A DNA stretch of 64,000 nt, taken from positions 201,686,001 to 201,750,000 of the forward strand of contig NC_042997.1 in the NCBI RefSeq assembly GCF_006345805.1, read 5' to 3'. The DNA is from Octopus sinensis (lineage: Eukaryota). The notes beneath the pieces are model-generated. The model saw nothing but the letters and a program-made list of their open reading frames with translations. It was not told the origin of the DNA and searched no databases. Position 1 is the stretch's first letter. Every line of letters begins with the position of its first letter. The translations under genes were made by a program, and so were the position numbers. This document shows positions 37,222 through 49,679 of the stretch, piece after piece.

Positions 37222-37225
<4 letters not shown>
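35525..37225 (+). mobile_element. G/T-rich, internally duplicated insertion ending in a hammerhead (PLE-like UTR/pLTR or large retrozyme)
   Basis: C-poor plus strand; 35558-35884 repeated at 36340-36716; 35519-35551 repeated at 35897-35930; hammerhead ~90 nt from the 3' end. Confidence 0.65.
37094..37136 (+). ncRNA. Minimal type I hammerhead ribozyme (intact core)
   Basis: CCAC-CTGAAGA-TTGTC(GATCAG)GACAA-GAAA-CAATTG-TA-GTGG; palindromic stem III, GUA cleavage after 37132. Confidence 0.85.
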
Positions 37226-37277
<52 letters not shown>

Positions 37278-37899
37278 TACGACTGGCTTCTTTCAGTTTC
37301 CGTCTACCAAATCAACTCACAAGACTCTGGTCGGCCCGAGGCTATAGTAGAAGACACTTGCCCAAGGTGCCACGCATTGGGACTGCACCCGGAACCATGT
37401 GGTTCGTAAGCAAGCTACTTACCACACAGCCACTCCTACGCCTATTATTTATCGTGTGGTTGTTCTTATCGACAAACACAACCTTTTACCTCATTACCAA
37501 TGACCAGCCCACACGCTCAACCGAAATTCAGTCTATTATCAAGAACCACAAACACACAAGAAAACAGTTCAAGCATCTGGTATAATCCATCGCTTGATCT
37601 ACAGCTTTATACTGACGTATTTAAAATCTTTAAAATAGTTTTTCAGAAACATTTTCCTGTACAACCATGTTAGCAGTGCTACTAAATCACCTTTAGATGT
37701 TATTTTTCATCTTTTATTGGTTTCATTCATTAGACTGCAGCCATGCTGGAGCACTGCTTTGAAAAACTTTTAGTTGAATAAAAACTGCATTAAAATATCT
37801 CATTCCGTAACATCCAGATTTTTAGCATTCTCTCGTCCTATATTAACACACAAAGATGTAATTGTATTTACCATCACGGATATCCATAATCATACCTAA

Positions 37900-38640
37900 G
37901 TGGCACTCCGTCGGCAACGACGACGAGTGTCCCAGTTGATCCCATCAACGGAACAGCTTACTCGTGTAATTAACGAGCAATAGCCGAGCACTCCTTAAAG
38001 TAGATCTCAAGGAGATTCAACGGGACACACAATGTGACAACGCTGGTTCTTTTGAATAAAGGTACTACTCTTTGAAATAAAGGCGGCGAGCTGGCAGAAT
38101 CGTTAGCACGCCGGGCGAAATGCGTAGCCGTATTTCGTCTGCCATTACGTTCTGAGTCCAAATTCCGCCGAGGTCGACTTTGCCTTTCATCCTTTCGGGG
38201 TCGATAAATTAAGTACCAGTTACGCACTGGGGTCGATGTAATCGACTTAATACCTATGTCTGTTCTTGTTTGTCCCCTCTATGTTTAGCCCCTTGTGGGT
38301 AATAAAGAAATAGGTATTTCGTCTGCCGTTACGTTCTGAGTTCAAATTCCGCCGAGGTCGACTTTGCCTTTCATCCTTTCGGGGTCGATAAATTAAGTAC
38401 CAGTTACGCACTGGGGTCGATGTAATCGACTAAATACCTATGTCTGTCCTTGTTTGTCCCCTCTATGTTTAGCCCCTTGTGGGTAATAAAGAAATAGGTA
38501 CTACTCATTTTTGCCAGCAGAATAGACTGGAGTAATGAGAAATAAAGTGTCTTGCTCAAGAGCACAACGCACCACCGTGTAACGACTCACAACTTTACGA
38601 TTGTGAGCTAAAAGCCCTAACCATTTAGCCACGCGCCTAA
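37900..38640 (-). mobile_element. SINE family C (C2/T1) with a nested antisense SINE A dimer (38082-38495)
   Basis: TSD AGGTACTACTC at 38060-38070 and 38496-38506. Confidence 0.85.
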
Positions 38641-39277
38641 ATACACCTATAAAGAGAAATGTTAGATGTTTTGCCATTTCTGCAACTTCTGAGAAACAGT
38701 TGGAGTTCTTGTTAGAATGAATGGATTTTTATGGTCAATATTTACCAGAATATTCGGAAACGCTCGAATAATTTGTGGCTTTGTACAATAAACTATTGAA
38801 TTTGTCTGACAAATAGTGAGCAAAGGGCTTTCAATAATTGTTTGAAAAAGTGCTCTTATGAACATCTTGTTGTCAATCCAATGTCAACGAAGACGTCTCG
38901 TCGACAACCGATATTCGTAAGTTGTTTATATCAGGAATTTTATTGCAGGATATACATAACCACATAGTTATATATTTTTCGAGGAGATTAAAAGAGGGAT
39001 ATTAAGTAGCTCAGATAAACATGATAGAATCTTCATCTTTTAGATAAGTACTTAAATGTTTCTCATTTGATTTTGATAACCTTGCTTCAAAAACTCTGCG
39101 TAATCCGATGCTAGGTAAATCATTTACGGAATAAAAAGACGAGAATGGCTTGAATATATCTGCTGCGATATTGAAAGATCTTGTACATATGTCAAAGGTA
39201 GATTAACTCAGGGAAAGATATTTTACCGGAAGTACCTCGGTGAAAGTTTATTATAAGTACTCGTGACAGCATCCATT

Positions 39278-39423
39278 CACTAGCATAGCTAGGGTGGGGA
39301 TAGGGACGGTCCACCCTGGTGACACTTTTGGGTCTGCTGTAGGCAATATGTGTTTTTTGTGGGGTCCGGGGACAGCAAACGGAAGGGCCACCCCGGGCGG
39401 CACACACTCTAGCTACGCTAGTG
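39278..39423. mobile_element. hAT-type MITE (146 bp)
   Basis: TIR CACTAGCATAGCTAG / CTAGCTACGCTAGTG; perfect 8-bp TSD CATCCATT at 39270-39277 and 39424-39431. Confidence 0.9.
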
Positions 39424-39889
39424 CATCCATTATCGTATTATTGCTACACACAGTCATTTAAAGTTTGAAGTATGGTTGCATGGCTATAAGCACAAGTGGA
39501 GGGCTACAAACATAGATGCCCTATATGTGTGGTGATACAATATATTCTAAAGAGCGGCTACATCAGAGACCCAAAGATTTAGGTCTGATTCCGCGTACAC
39601 ATAACATAGATCATGTTTATGTTAATGGTGTCAGATTTTTTATTATTTTCTCTTCCTGAGAGAAAGAACTCAACCGTAAAACGTGTTACGTAGAATTTTA
39701 TTCTTGGAAATTTGTGTCCAATCTTTAAGTGTCGAAGAAATAAACCGAATTACACAACCTCTGCTTTTTGGCTGCAGAATATTGGTTACATTTCTAACAA
39801 AACACCGCATAACAACCGCAAAAAACTGAAATTTCAGAATGAGTGATTAAAACAATTAAGATGGTATCAAAGGCATCCTTCTCTGCTGA

Positions 39890-40215
39890 CAGAAAAACTC
39901 GACTCATTTCTACAATAAAAAATAACTACACCTGTGCATCTGAAAACCTAACTTGTGCAGTTAAATGCTCAGAATGTGGAGAGAATAACATGACGAACCA
40001 GAGGATCCTACAGACAACGCATGATCCTGCATAGGTCACGAATTAAAAATACGGTAATGCAGATAAATAGGACTCAGTGAACATATAGATTCATGTTCAG
40101 GTAGGAAAACAACGAAATTTTAAGAGTTTCCTTCAATATCAATTTAGCGAACAGTTAATAATCATGCATCAGCAATGAAGCATCTTTCATAACCAAACAT
40201 CGACCTTTTCTAAAT
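39890..40215 (+). pseudogene. Penelope-like GIY-YIG endonuclease remnant
   Basis: TIKNNYTCASENLTCAVKCSECGEN..T..YRQRMILHRSRI..LSEHIDSC..EASFITKHRPFLN. Confidence 0.75.
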
Positions 40216-40329
40216 AACTATGGGAACGAAAGGGAGGCAATAACCCATTTTGCAATTCTTGCTGGAGCTGCCACTGTTGTTACTAGTTACAATGACACAA
40301 TTACTATCACGACTATTACAGGCACTAGC

Positions 40330-40678
40330 ATTCTTCCTCCTCCTCCTCCTCCTCCTACTACTACTACTACTACTATTACTACTGCTGCTGCTGCTGCTAC
40401 CACTACTACTACTAATAGCTACCCTTGAATGAGAAAAAACAAGTGTCACTGGTTAAACTTTTACTACTACTACTACCACTACTACTACTACTACTACCAC
40501 TACTACTACTACTACTACCACTACTACTACTACTACTGCTGCTGCTGCTACTACTACTACTACTACTACTATTACTACTGCTGCTGCTGCTTACTACTAC
40601 TACTATACTACTACTACTACTACTACTACTGCTACTACTACTGCTACTACTACTACTATTACTACTGCTGCTGCTGCT

Positions 40679-40712
<34 letters not shown>

Positions 40713-40747
40713 GCTACTACTGCTGCTACTACTACTACTACTACTAC
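40330..40747. repeat. (CTA/CTG/CCT)n compound microsatellites
   Basis: Direct observation. Confidence 0.9.
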
Positions 40748-40944
40748 GACCTAGCAGTTATCAGAATGGAATAAACTAGAAGCATAATGTGACTTTTGTA
40801 AGGAAAACATGCGAGCTTCCAGAACTGATGTCACGAAAGACTGATTTCATTTAATTTGTTTCAATGTTGTTTTTTTTTTGTTTTTTTCTTCCTTTTCCTT
40901 TCAGCAACACTAAATCGTCATTGTCAGTATTTATTTTATTCTTT

Positions 40945-41170
40945 TATTCTTTTACTTATTTCAGTCATTTGACTGCGGCCATGCTGGAGCACCGCCTTTT
41001 TAGTCGAGCAAATTGACCCTAGGACTTATTCATTGTAAGTCTAGTACTTATTCTATCGGTCTCTTTTTTCCGAACTGCTAAGTTACGGGGACGTAAACAC
41101 ACTAGCATCGGTTATCAAGCGATGTTGAGGGGGGACAAACACAGACACACAAACATATACAAATACATAC
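40945..41170 (-). mobile_element. SINE family B 3' half
   Basis: Runs from the tail to the internal microsatellite. Confidence 0.8.
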
Positions 41171-41173
41171 ATT

Positions 41174-41217
<44 letters not shown>

Positions 41218-41220
<3 letters not shown>

Positions 41221-41592
41221 AGGCACAATGGCCCAGTGGTTAGGGCAGTGGACTCGCGGTCGTAGGATTGCCGTTTCGATTCCCAGACCGGGCGTTATGA
41301 GTATTTATTGAGCGAAAACACCTAAAGCTCCACGAGGCTCTGGCAGGGGACCCTCTGGTGACAAACCCTGCTGTATTCTTTCACCACAACTTTCTCTTGT
41401 TTCTCTTGCACCTGAATTTCAAAGGAGCCAGCCTTGTCGCACACTGTGTCACGCTGAATCTCCCCCTGAGAACTACGTTAAGGCTACACGTGTCTGTGGA
41501 GGGCTCCGCCACTTGCACTTTAATTTCACGAACAGGCTATTCCGTTGATCGGACCAACTGTAACCCTATTCGTCGTAACCGACGGAGTGCCA
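41218..41592 (+). mobile_element. SINE family C (C1/T1)
   Basis: Head and CGACGGAGTGCC tail. Confidence 0.85.
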
Positions 41593-42040
41593 CGACGGAC
41601 GATTGTTATACCTAGATTGTCTTCGTTTTGAATTATTTATCTCGTAACAATATTTCCCTTCTCGCCTCTTTCTCTTTCTTTCTCACTTCAGAATTTACCG
41701 TTTCCTCTCCCTATACACAAGCAGTCATAAATTTATTGGAATTTGTCATCAGTTTACTCTTTATCGAAAATTAATTTACTTACACTTACGTTAATTTCAT
41801 CATATATTTCTATATTTCTTTAACTGTATCTTTTACAACTCCTTCATAACGTAACTTCCATTTTTATCATTAAAGCTACAATCTAAAGACAACAATAATA
41901 TTTGATTTAGTCTCCTTGTAAATAATATCATCGTGAATATGAAATCTCTAAACTACCGTTACACTGAAAACATTTTTAACACTTTAATCTTTGTTTTTCT
42001 ATCCGTTTTATTTGAGCTCCATTCATAATATCTAAAACCC

Positions 42041-42165
42041 TTCTTCTTCTTCTTCTTCTTCTTCTTCTTCTTCTTCTTCTTCTTCTTCTTCTTCTTCTTC
42101 TTCTTCTTCTTCTTCTTCTTCTTCTTCTTCTTCTTCTTCTTCTTCTTCTTCTTCTTCTTCTTCTT
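42041..42165. repeat. (CTT)n microsatellite
   Basis: Perfect run. Confidence 0.95.
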
Positions 42166-42286
42166 CCAGAAAGCTTAAAAGAATTACGTATTCTAAAGTT
42201 AACATTTCAAAATTTCATTGTATATCGGGAGAGTTCTTATACCAGTAATAAACACTATTTCACTTCTTTTATTATTGTTACTACTG

Positions 42287-42347
<61 letters not shown>

Positions 42348-42415
42348 CACCACTTCTGCTACTACTACTACTACTACTACTACTATGACTATTACTGCAA
42401 CTATTATTATTAGAA

Positions 42416-42645
42416 GCGGCGAGCTGGCAGAAACGTTAGCACGCCGGGCGAAATGGGTAGCCGTATTTCGTCTACTGTTACGTTCTGAGTTCAAATTCCG
42501 CCGAGGTCGACCTCGCCTTTCATCCTTTCGGGGTCGATAAATTAAGTACCAGTTACGCACTGGGATCGATACAATCGACTTAAACCCTTTGTCTGTCCTT
42601 GTTTGTCCACTCTATGTTTAGCTCCTTGTGGGTAGTGAAGAAATA
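42416..42645 (+). mobile_element. SINE family A
   Basis: Consensus match. Confidence 0.85.
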
Positions 42646-42779
42646 GTTATTTTTTGCAGGTTTACGCTCCGAGTTCAAATTCCTTCAAGGTTGATTACAT
42701 TCTTCACTCTTTCGGTGTCGATAACATAAGAAATAGTTGAGGACAGGGGTTCTATGTAATTGACTGGTCTCCTCTCTCC

Positions 42780-43910
42780 AAATTTGAAAAACTTTTCCCC
42801 ACAACAGAAGGGGTTAGTATTATTTCTATTTGTGGTTTTCTCCTAGTAGTAAGTGTTTCTCTGTACGTCAGGAATTGGGACTTGCTTTGCCTTCGTTCTG
42901 ACATTATTTGTAAATACTGTGGGACAGTTTTTTTCTCTGAGGAAATATTTTTAGTTCTGTCATTCGTCTCTTTCACCTCTTTGAGTCTGTAACTATCATA
43001 AAATTACGTCTTGTTATATTAAACTGGAAAGGTATATACAGTAAGATCTAATCTAAGTACTGGTGTGTCCGTACCTTCGCTATCGAGATTGGTTATGATA
43101 GCCTCATTTTCTTTAATCACCAGAATGTCCAAAAGAGGAGTTTCTCTTTCATTCATCTCCATTATATATAGGATATATTTACGACTGCTGTGCACTAATT
43201 TAGGGAATCTTTTAAGATCTTCTTTTCTTCTGTCCCAAAATATGAACCAATCATGTAGGAACCATTTCCAGTTTTATTTCAAATAGGATTGGAAATATTG
43301 ATCAAAAGAAATCCCGGAGTGGGCTTATAATTTTCTTATAGAAATCCCATTACTAGTTTTGCAAACATGGGAGCGATTTTCTTACCCATTGCTCCCCCTT
43401 TTATTCGAAGATAATATTGGTTATCAAAAAAAAAAGTTATTTTCTAGCACCAATCGTAATCCTTTTAGTATACATTCTTATCAAAATTTCTCCAGAAATA
43501 GGTCTGGATATTTGTCTACCCAGAATTCCATTGCTTCCAATCCTAATCTATATGCGGGAGTATTTGTATTGAGGCTGGTTGGTCACGTCGAAACTAAACA
43601 TGAATGTCTCCAAAATTACTCTCTGAAAACCAGGGAGGAACTTACATCATAGTTTAAATTGCTTAATCCTGAAGCGGCTTGACTTAATTTTAAATCAGGC
43701 AGTTTGGGATTCTTTACCTATAGCGTATGGAGATCTTTAAACTGTTATAGATTTTTTAGATTTGTAGACTTCCAGTAGTCCACAAAAGTTACATGTTTTT
43801 AGCTCAAAATTCATAAAGTAATCCAACTTCGCTTCCGATAAATTGCTTTGGAATTTGTTCATTTATTTACTAATTTTGTTCATTGCTTATCTGCAATGGT
43901 TTCTAAGTTT
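42780..43910 (-). pseudogene. Decayed Penelope-like reverse transcriptase
   Basis: SFDVT..LGLEAMEFWVDKYP..LVLENN..F.NQYYLRIKGGAMGKKIAPMFAKLVMG..WKWFLHDWFIFW..IMEMNERETPLLDILVIK, matching the PLE RT motifs SFDV, GTAMG..AP, RYIDD and LPFLD. Confidence 0.8.
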
Positions 43911-43919
43911 TATTAGAAA

Positions 43920-44228
43920 CTAGCAGTATCGCCCGGCGTTGCTCGGGTTTGTAAGGGAAATAACTATATAAGCATTTTTAGAGAGTTACTTCCCTTATAT
44001 AATAGCAAAAAATGCATTAAAAATTGGAAAAAATGATGGTAATTTTTTTTTTAAATCGTAGACTCATCTTTGACTCATCGTAGACGCGCGCTAATACCCA
44101 GAAGGGCTCGATATGAATCACGACTATAAGATACCCGCTTTTGGTTACACTGCACCGCAAAATGTGGGAGTAGTTAGGAATCTAAATCATAGGAGACAGA
44201 CACACAACTTCACTTTTATATATAAAGA
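43920..44228 (-). mobile_element. Non-autonomous Helitron
   Basis: Minus strand has 5' TC-TTTATATATAAAAG, 3' hairpin CCCGAGCAACGCCGGG and terminal CTAG; sits between A and T with no TSD. Confidence 0.85.
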
Positions 44229-44311
44229 TAGTTGTCATTTACTTGTTCTTAGGTCATTTTCCCCATAATGGGTCATGTCGTTTATTATAATAACTCATCA
44301 TTTCTCAGCTT

Positions 44312-44850
44312 GTGGAGGCACGTGGCTTAGTGGTTAGGGTGTCAGCACCATGATCGTAAGATTGTAGTTTCGATTTCTGGACCGGGCGACGTGTTGTGTT
44401 CGTGAGCAAAACAATTCATTTCGTGTTGCTCCATTTCACTCAGCTGGCAAAAATGAATAACGCTGCGATGGACTGGCTAGGAACACATACGCCATAGAAA
44501 CCGGGAAACCGGGCCCATGAGCCTGGCTAGGCTTTAAAAGGGCGCAAGTGGAGGCACATGGCCTAGTGCTTAGAACAGCGGACTCGCGGTCGAGGGATCG
44601 CGTGTTCGAATCTCAGACCGGGCGATGTGTGTGTTTATAAGCGAAAACACCTAAGCTCCACGCGGCTCCAGCAGAAGGTAATGGGGAACGAACTTCTGCT
44701 GACTCTTTCGCCACAACTTTCTCTCACTCTTTCCTCCTGCATTTTGCAGCTCACCTTCGACAGACCGGCGTCCCGTCCAGGTGGGGAACCTATACGCCAA
44801 GAAACCGGGAAAACCGGCCCTTATGTGCTAGGCATGGCTCGAGAAGGAAT
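44312..44850 (+). mobile_element. Two tandem SINE family C copies (C2/T2 then C1/T3)
   Basis: Heads at 44312 and 44548. Confidence 0.8.
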
Positions 44851-45535
44851 AAATACAAACAATTTGTCAGCTTCTTTAATGAGTACGGAAGAATCTTTCT
44901 GTAGACATCCCAATACTTTTTATTCTTCATTTGCAGCATTTGATTCCATATGGTTTGTTGGAGTGTTCGATAATGTTTTCAGACATGTTACATATTCTTC
45001 TAAGTGATTATTCCTGTTCATCAAAGACTTAAAGCCCGTTTTGTTTGTTTGTTTCTTTAACGCGTGATGGATTTTGTAATCTGTCTTTGGGGAAAATCAC
45101 TGCTGTCAGAGTTTCCTGCAAAATTTCCTGATAGCCTTCAAAAGATATGTTGCATTGGGTAGGAGTGAGTAAATGTGCAAAGTAAGCGGTGTTTTTGCAA
45201 AGGCTGGAAGCTAAATGCAAATGTGACAGTTTATTGATATTTTACAGAGAGAGAGCGATCCGTTTGGTTTCATTCAAAAGACAGTTGGAGTTCGTTAGAT
45301 TCTTGAAGAATTTCTATGAGAAGGCTGGCAGTAATTCATTTCTAATCGCCGGAGATGTACGTAAGTAGTTTTGAGCCCAGAATCAGACATTTTTCTTCAT
45401 GTTTGATCGCACAATGGATTGCACACCAGTGTTCAATATTTTGAGACAATCAATTAGTAAAAGCGAGTCCAGGACATGAAATATCTAGCATCATATTAGT
45501 TTAAATTGTTGTTGTTGTGTTGTTGTTGTTGTGTG

Positions 45536-45599
<64 letters not shown>

Positions 45600-45659
45600 G
45601 GTGTGGTGGTGGTGGTGGTAAACCAGCAAACAGCTCATACCCGAGGTTGAGCGATATCC

Positions 45660-46380
45660 AATGCTTAGCGGTATTTCGTCTGTCTTTACGTCCTGAGTTC
45701 AAATTCCGCCGATTTCGACTTTACCTTTCATCCTTTTGGGGTTGATAAATTAAGAACCAGTTACACACTGGGGTCGACGTAATCGACTTAATCCGTTTGT
45801 CTGTCCTTGTTTGTCCCCTTTATGTTTAGCCCCTTGTGGGCAATAAAGAAATAGGAAACGTTAGTATACTGGACAAAATGCTTAGCGGTATTTCGCCCGT
45901 TGTTTAGTTTCTGAGTTCAAATTTCGCCGAGGTCGACTTTGTATTTCTTTCTTTCGGGATCGATAAATTAAGTACCAGTTGTGTACTAGGGTCGATCTAA
46001 TCGAGTGGTCCCCTCCCCACAAAATCTAGGCCTTGCGCCTATAGTAGAAAAGATGATTTGGATTGCTAATTTCTTTTCCTTCTAAAAAGGACAGACAAAC
46101 GGATTAAGTCGATTACGTCGACCCCAGTGCGTAACTGGTACTTAATTTATCGACCCCGAAAGGATGAAAGGCAAAGTCGACCTCGGCATTTCGCCCGGCG
46201 TGCTAACGTTTCTACCAGCTCGCCGCCTTTACCAATACAAATAATCCTTTCTATTACAGGCACAAGGCCTGATGTTTTGGGGGAGGGGACTAGTCAATTA
46301 CATCGACCGCAAAATTTCACTGGTACTTAGTTTATCGACCCGAAAGGATGAAAGGCAAAGTCGACCTCTGCTCACCGCCT
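45660..46380. mobile_element. SINE family A cluster, both orientations
   Basis: Plus-strand dimer 45660-46050, minus-strand copies 46088-46380. Confidence 0.75.
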
Positions 46381-46493
46381 TTACCAATCAAAATAATGCT
46401 AAGCGTGTCAAAGACGTTCCAGCATTCATCCAAATCCATCCCTGGCAAATTTTATATTAAATTATTATAGTAATTATTATAGTAATTATTATA

Positions 46494-46664
46494 GGCGCAG
46501 GAGTGGCTGTGTGGTAAGTAGCTTGCTAACCAACCACACGGTTGCGGGTTCAGTCCCACTGCGTGGCATCTTGGGCAAGTGTCTTCTGCTATAGCCCCGG
46601 GCTGACCAATGCCTTGTGAGTGGATTTGGTAGACGGAAACTGAAAGAAGCCTGTCGTATATATG

Positions 46665-46703
<39 letters not shown>

Positions 46704-46913
46704 TTGTGTGTCTGTGTTTATCCCCCTAGCATTGCTTGACAACCGATGCTGGTGTGTTTACGTCCCCGTAACTTAGCGGTTCGGCAAAAGAGACCGATAG
46801 AATAAGTACTGGGCTTACAAAGAATAAGTCCCGGGGTCGATTTGATCGACTAAAGGCGGTGCTCCAGCATGGCCGCAGTCAAATGACTGAAACAAGTAAA
46901 AGAGTAAAGAGTA
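46494..46913 (+). mobile_element. SINE family B, full length
   Basis: tRNA-like head GGCGCAGGAGTGGCTGTGTGGTAAG..GGTTCAGTCCC, internal (TA)(TG)n, tail GTAAAAGAGT. Confidence 0.9.
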
Positions 46914-47031
46914 AGCTTTTTCAAAATAAGCAAATTAACCATTCCTCTAATATTCCTAAAATATCCGGTCATTTCAATCCAACTTAGATTGCAGTACTTA
47001 ATACCTGAAAACACTTTGCATTGCATACATA

Positions 47032-47206
47032 GACGCAGGCATGGTTGTGTGGTGAGAAGTTTGCTCCCCAACCATATGGTTCCGGGTTCAGTTCTACTGC
47101 TTGACACCTTGGGCTAGTGTCTTCTATTGTAGCCTCGGGCCGACCAAAGCTCTGTGGGTGGATTTTATGGATGGAAACTGAAAGAAGCCCGTCGCATATG
47201 TGCACG

Positions 47207-47249
<43 letters not shown>

Positions 47250-47490
47250 TGTGCGTGCGTGCGTGCGTGCATACGTGTGCGTGTCTGTGTTTGTCTCGCA
47301 CTACTGTTTGACAACCAGTGTTGGTATGTATACGTCTCCGTACACTAGCGGTTCGGCAAAAGCGTCCGATAGAATAAGTACCACGCTTTAAACAATAAGT
47401 ATTGCGGTTGATGCGTTCGAGTAGAGTTCTTGAAGGCGGTGCCCCAGCATGACCGCAGTTTAATGATTAAATCAAGCAACAGGCAAAAGA
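47032..47490 (+). mobile_element. SINE family B, older subfamily
   Basis: Diverged family B motifs. Confidence 0.75.
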
Positions 47491-48499
47491 TATTCCTTCA
47501 CAGTCGAACCAACAATAGTGGTCGTTCAGCCTGTTAGAAATAGCAGCTTAATCTTCCTCGAACCACATATCCAAAGAAGTGGTTTTGCAGCATAATTAGA
47601 TCCCCGACCTATTGTTTAGATCCTGCAAGTGCCCTTCATTATCCGGCCAAGGAGCTCAACTCCCTGATCTAAATAGGCTAATGATTGGTATATAATGCAA
47701 AACTTCCTCCTAATATGTGTGAGAGATGTCGCAAAGCAAAATACGCCTCAGGGAATTAACAGCTGAAAATATATTCGTTTCATTGGGGCTAAACTCCCAT
47801 CAAAAGGTTGGGAAATATCATTAATTAATTTCTTGGTTATGGGCAGCATGAACAGCTACATTAATGCGTAGATCGTTATTGTAAAATTGGCCTGTTTGGC
47901 TGATATGGTTGAGCATCATGGCTTCCGCTAAATATAATTTCAACAAGTGATACTTAGTAATAGCCGAAGATAATAAATCTAATTTTAACTTTGCTGATTC
48001 AAGCAATTCTGTTAGATCAAACATTTATTCAGCAGAGTTTGGGATAAAACGAAGTTAGAAGATTTACCAGTGCGATAAATCTCTGTAATTGTTTTATAGA
48101 TGTAGGAAACAGTGTATTATTTAACGAGGACTGCATTAGCAGAGGAAAGCTGCGAACTGGGAGGATTGTTATCACAAAATGCCTGGCAGCGTTTCTTCAT
48201 ATTCGAGTTCTAATACTTCCGAGGTCAGCTTTGCTTTTCATCCCTTCTGTTCTAATAAAATAAAGTACCAGTCAACTTGCACCCTCTCCTCAAAATAGCT
48301 GGCCTTGAACTCCGCATCCCGTTTGGGATAATGTTATGATCTATCTCGGTTACTTATCCGCTAAGGAAACCGGGTAACCAGCTTTATGAGTCCTAGGTCA
48401 GGTCAGGTGTTGTGGTATGTGCCGTTGATGTATTCATCACTTGTTGGTATATTCAGTACCCATCTCCGCAAGATACCTCCTCATCTACCATGACCATGT

Positions 48500-48662
48500 G
48501 TAGGAGTGGCTGTGTGGTAAGTAGCTTGCTTACGAACCACATGGTTCCGGGTTCAGTCCCACTGCGTGGCACCGTGGGCAAGTGTCTTCTACTATAGCCT
48601 CGGGCCGGCCAAAGCCTTGTGAGTGGAGTGGATTTGGTAGATGGAAACTGAAAAATCCCGTC

Positions 48663-48739
<77 letters not shown>

Positions 48740-49005
48740 ATAGATAGATAGATAGATAGATATAGATAGATAGATATAGATAGATAGATATGTATGTATG
48801 TGTGTTTGTGTGTCCGTGTTTGTCGAATGCATCGACCGATGCTGGTATGTTTCCGTCCCCGTAACTTAACGGTTTGGCAAAAGAGACCGATAGAATAAGT
48901 ACTAGTAAAAGTACTATGCTACAAAGAATACCTCCTGGAGTCGATCTGTTCGATAAAAGGCGGTGCTCCAGCATGGCCGCAGTCAAATGACTGAGACAAA
49001 TAGAA
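48500..49005 (+). mobile_element. SINE family B
   Basis: Full copy with an internal (TA)(GATA) tract. Confidence 0.85.
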
Positions 49006-49679
49006 GAAATATAAACAGATAGGTAGATAGATACACAGACCGACAGATATGTACGTATGTGTGTGTTTCGCGTCTGTCTTTGTGTTTGAGGCTGACCTCC
49101 ATTGTCTGACAACCGGTATTGGTTTGTTTACATTTCTATAACTTGGCTTGGCAAAAGAAACCGGTAGTAAAAGCCTCAGATTTTAAAATATCTACTGGAG
49201 TCGATTTGTTTGACTAAACTCTGCGAGAAAGTGCTCCAGCATGACCGCAGTCCAAGGAATAAAACAAATAAAAAGCTATAAAACATAAACTAAAATAACA
49301 TGGTCCTGTCAGTTTTATCAATTTTAATACGTTTCTATTCTTTTTAATCAAGACAATTTCATATTTCATCATGCTTGGCTCCAAGTAGTGGTGGTCACCA
49401 TCAACATTCAGAATTCCGTCAATACTCAGATGTGATGATATTTACGGAACAATAAACATTTGAAAGGAAATTTTCACGCTTCGCTTTACAAAATGTGGTC
49501 TTAAATCGTCATCATTTGATAATTCTGGCAGAAACAGTGTTAATTTTAGTAAACGATTAAATGAAACAAAAATAGCTTGAGAGAGAAAAATCTATTTATA
49601 TATATAAAAAAAAATGTTATATAATTTATTTGTCTGAAAATGGTGAATAGCATATCTTTTGTAAACATGAATATATACT

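Larger units (their letters stand above)
35259..37443 (-). mobile_element. SINE family B split by a 1.7-kb insertion in its internal (TA)n
   Basis: Tail half at 35259-35522, head half at 37225-37443. Confidence 0.85.

Noticed and set aside
35525-37225. Mitochondrial insertion (NUMT) suggested by the G/T skew
   Set aside because: I recognised no mitochondrial gene or tRNA, and it ends in a hammerhead within (TA)n; not formally excluded without BLAST.
47821-48024. 67-aa ORF in unique-looking sequence
   Set aside because: No recognisable domain and no splice or codon evidence.
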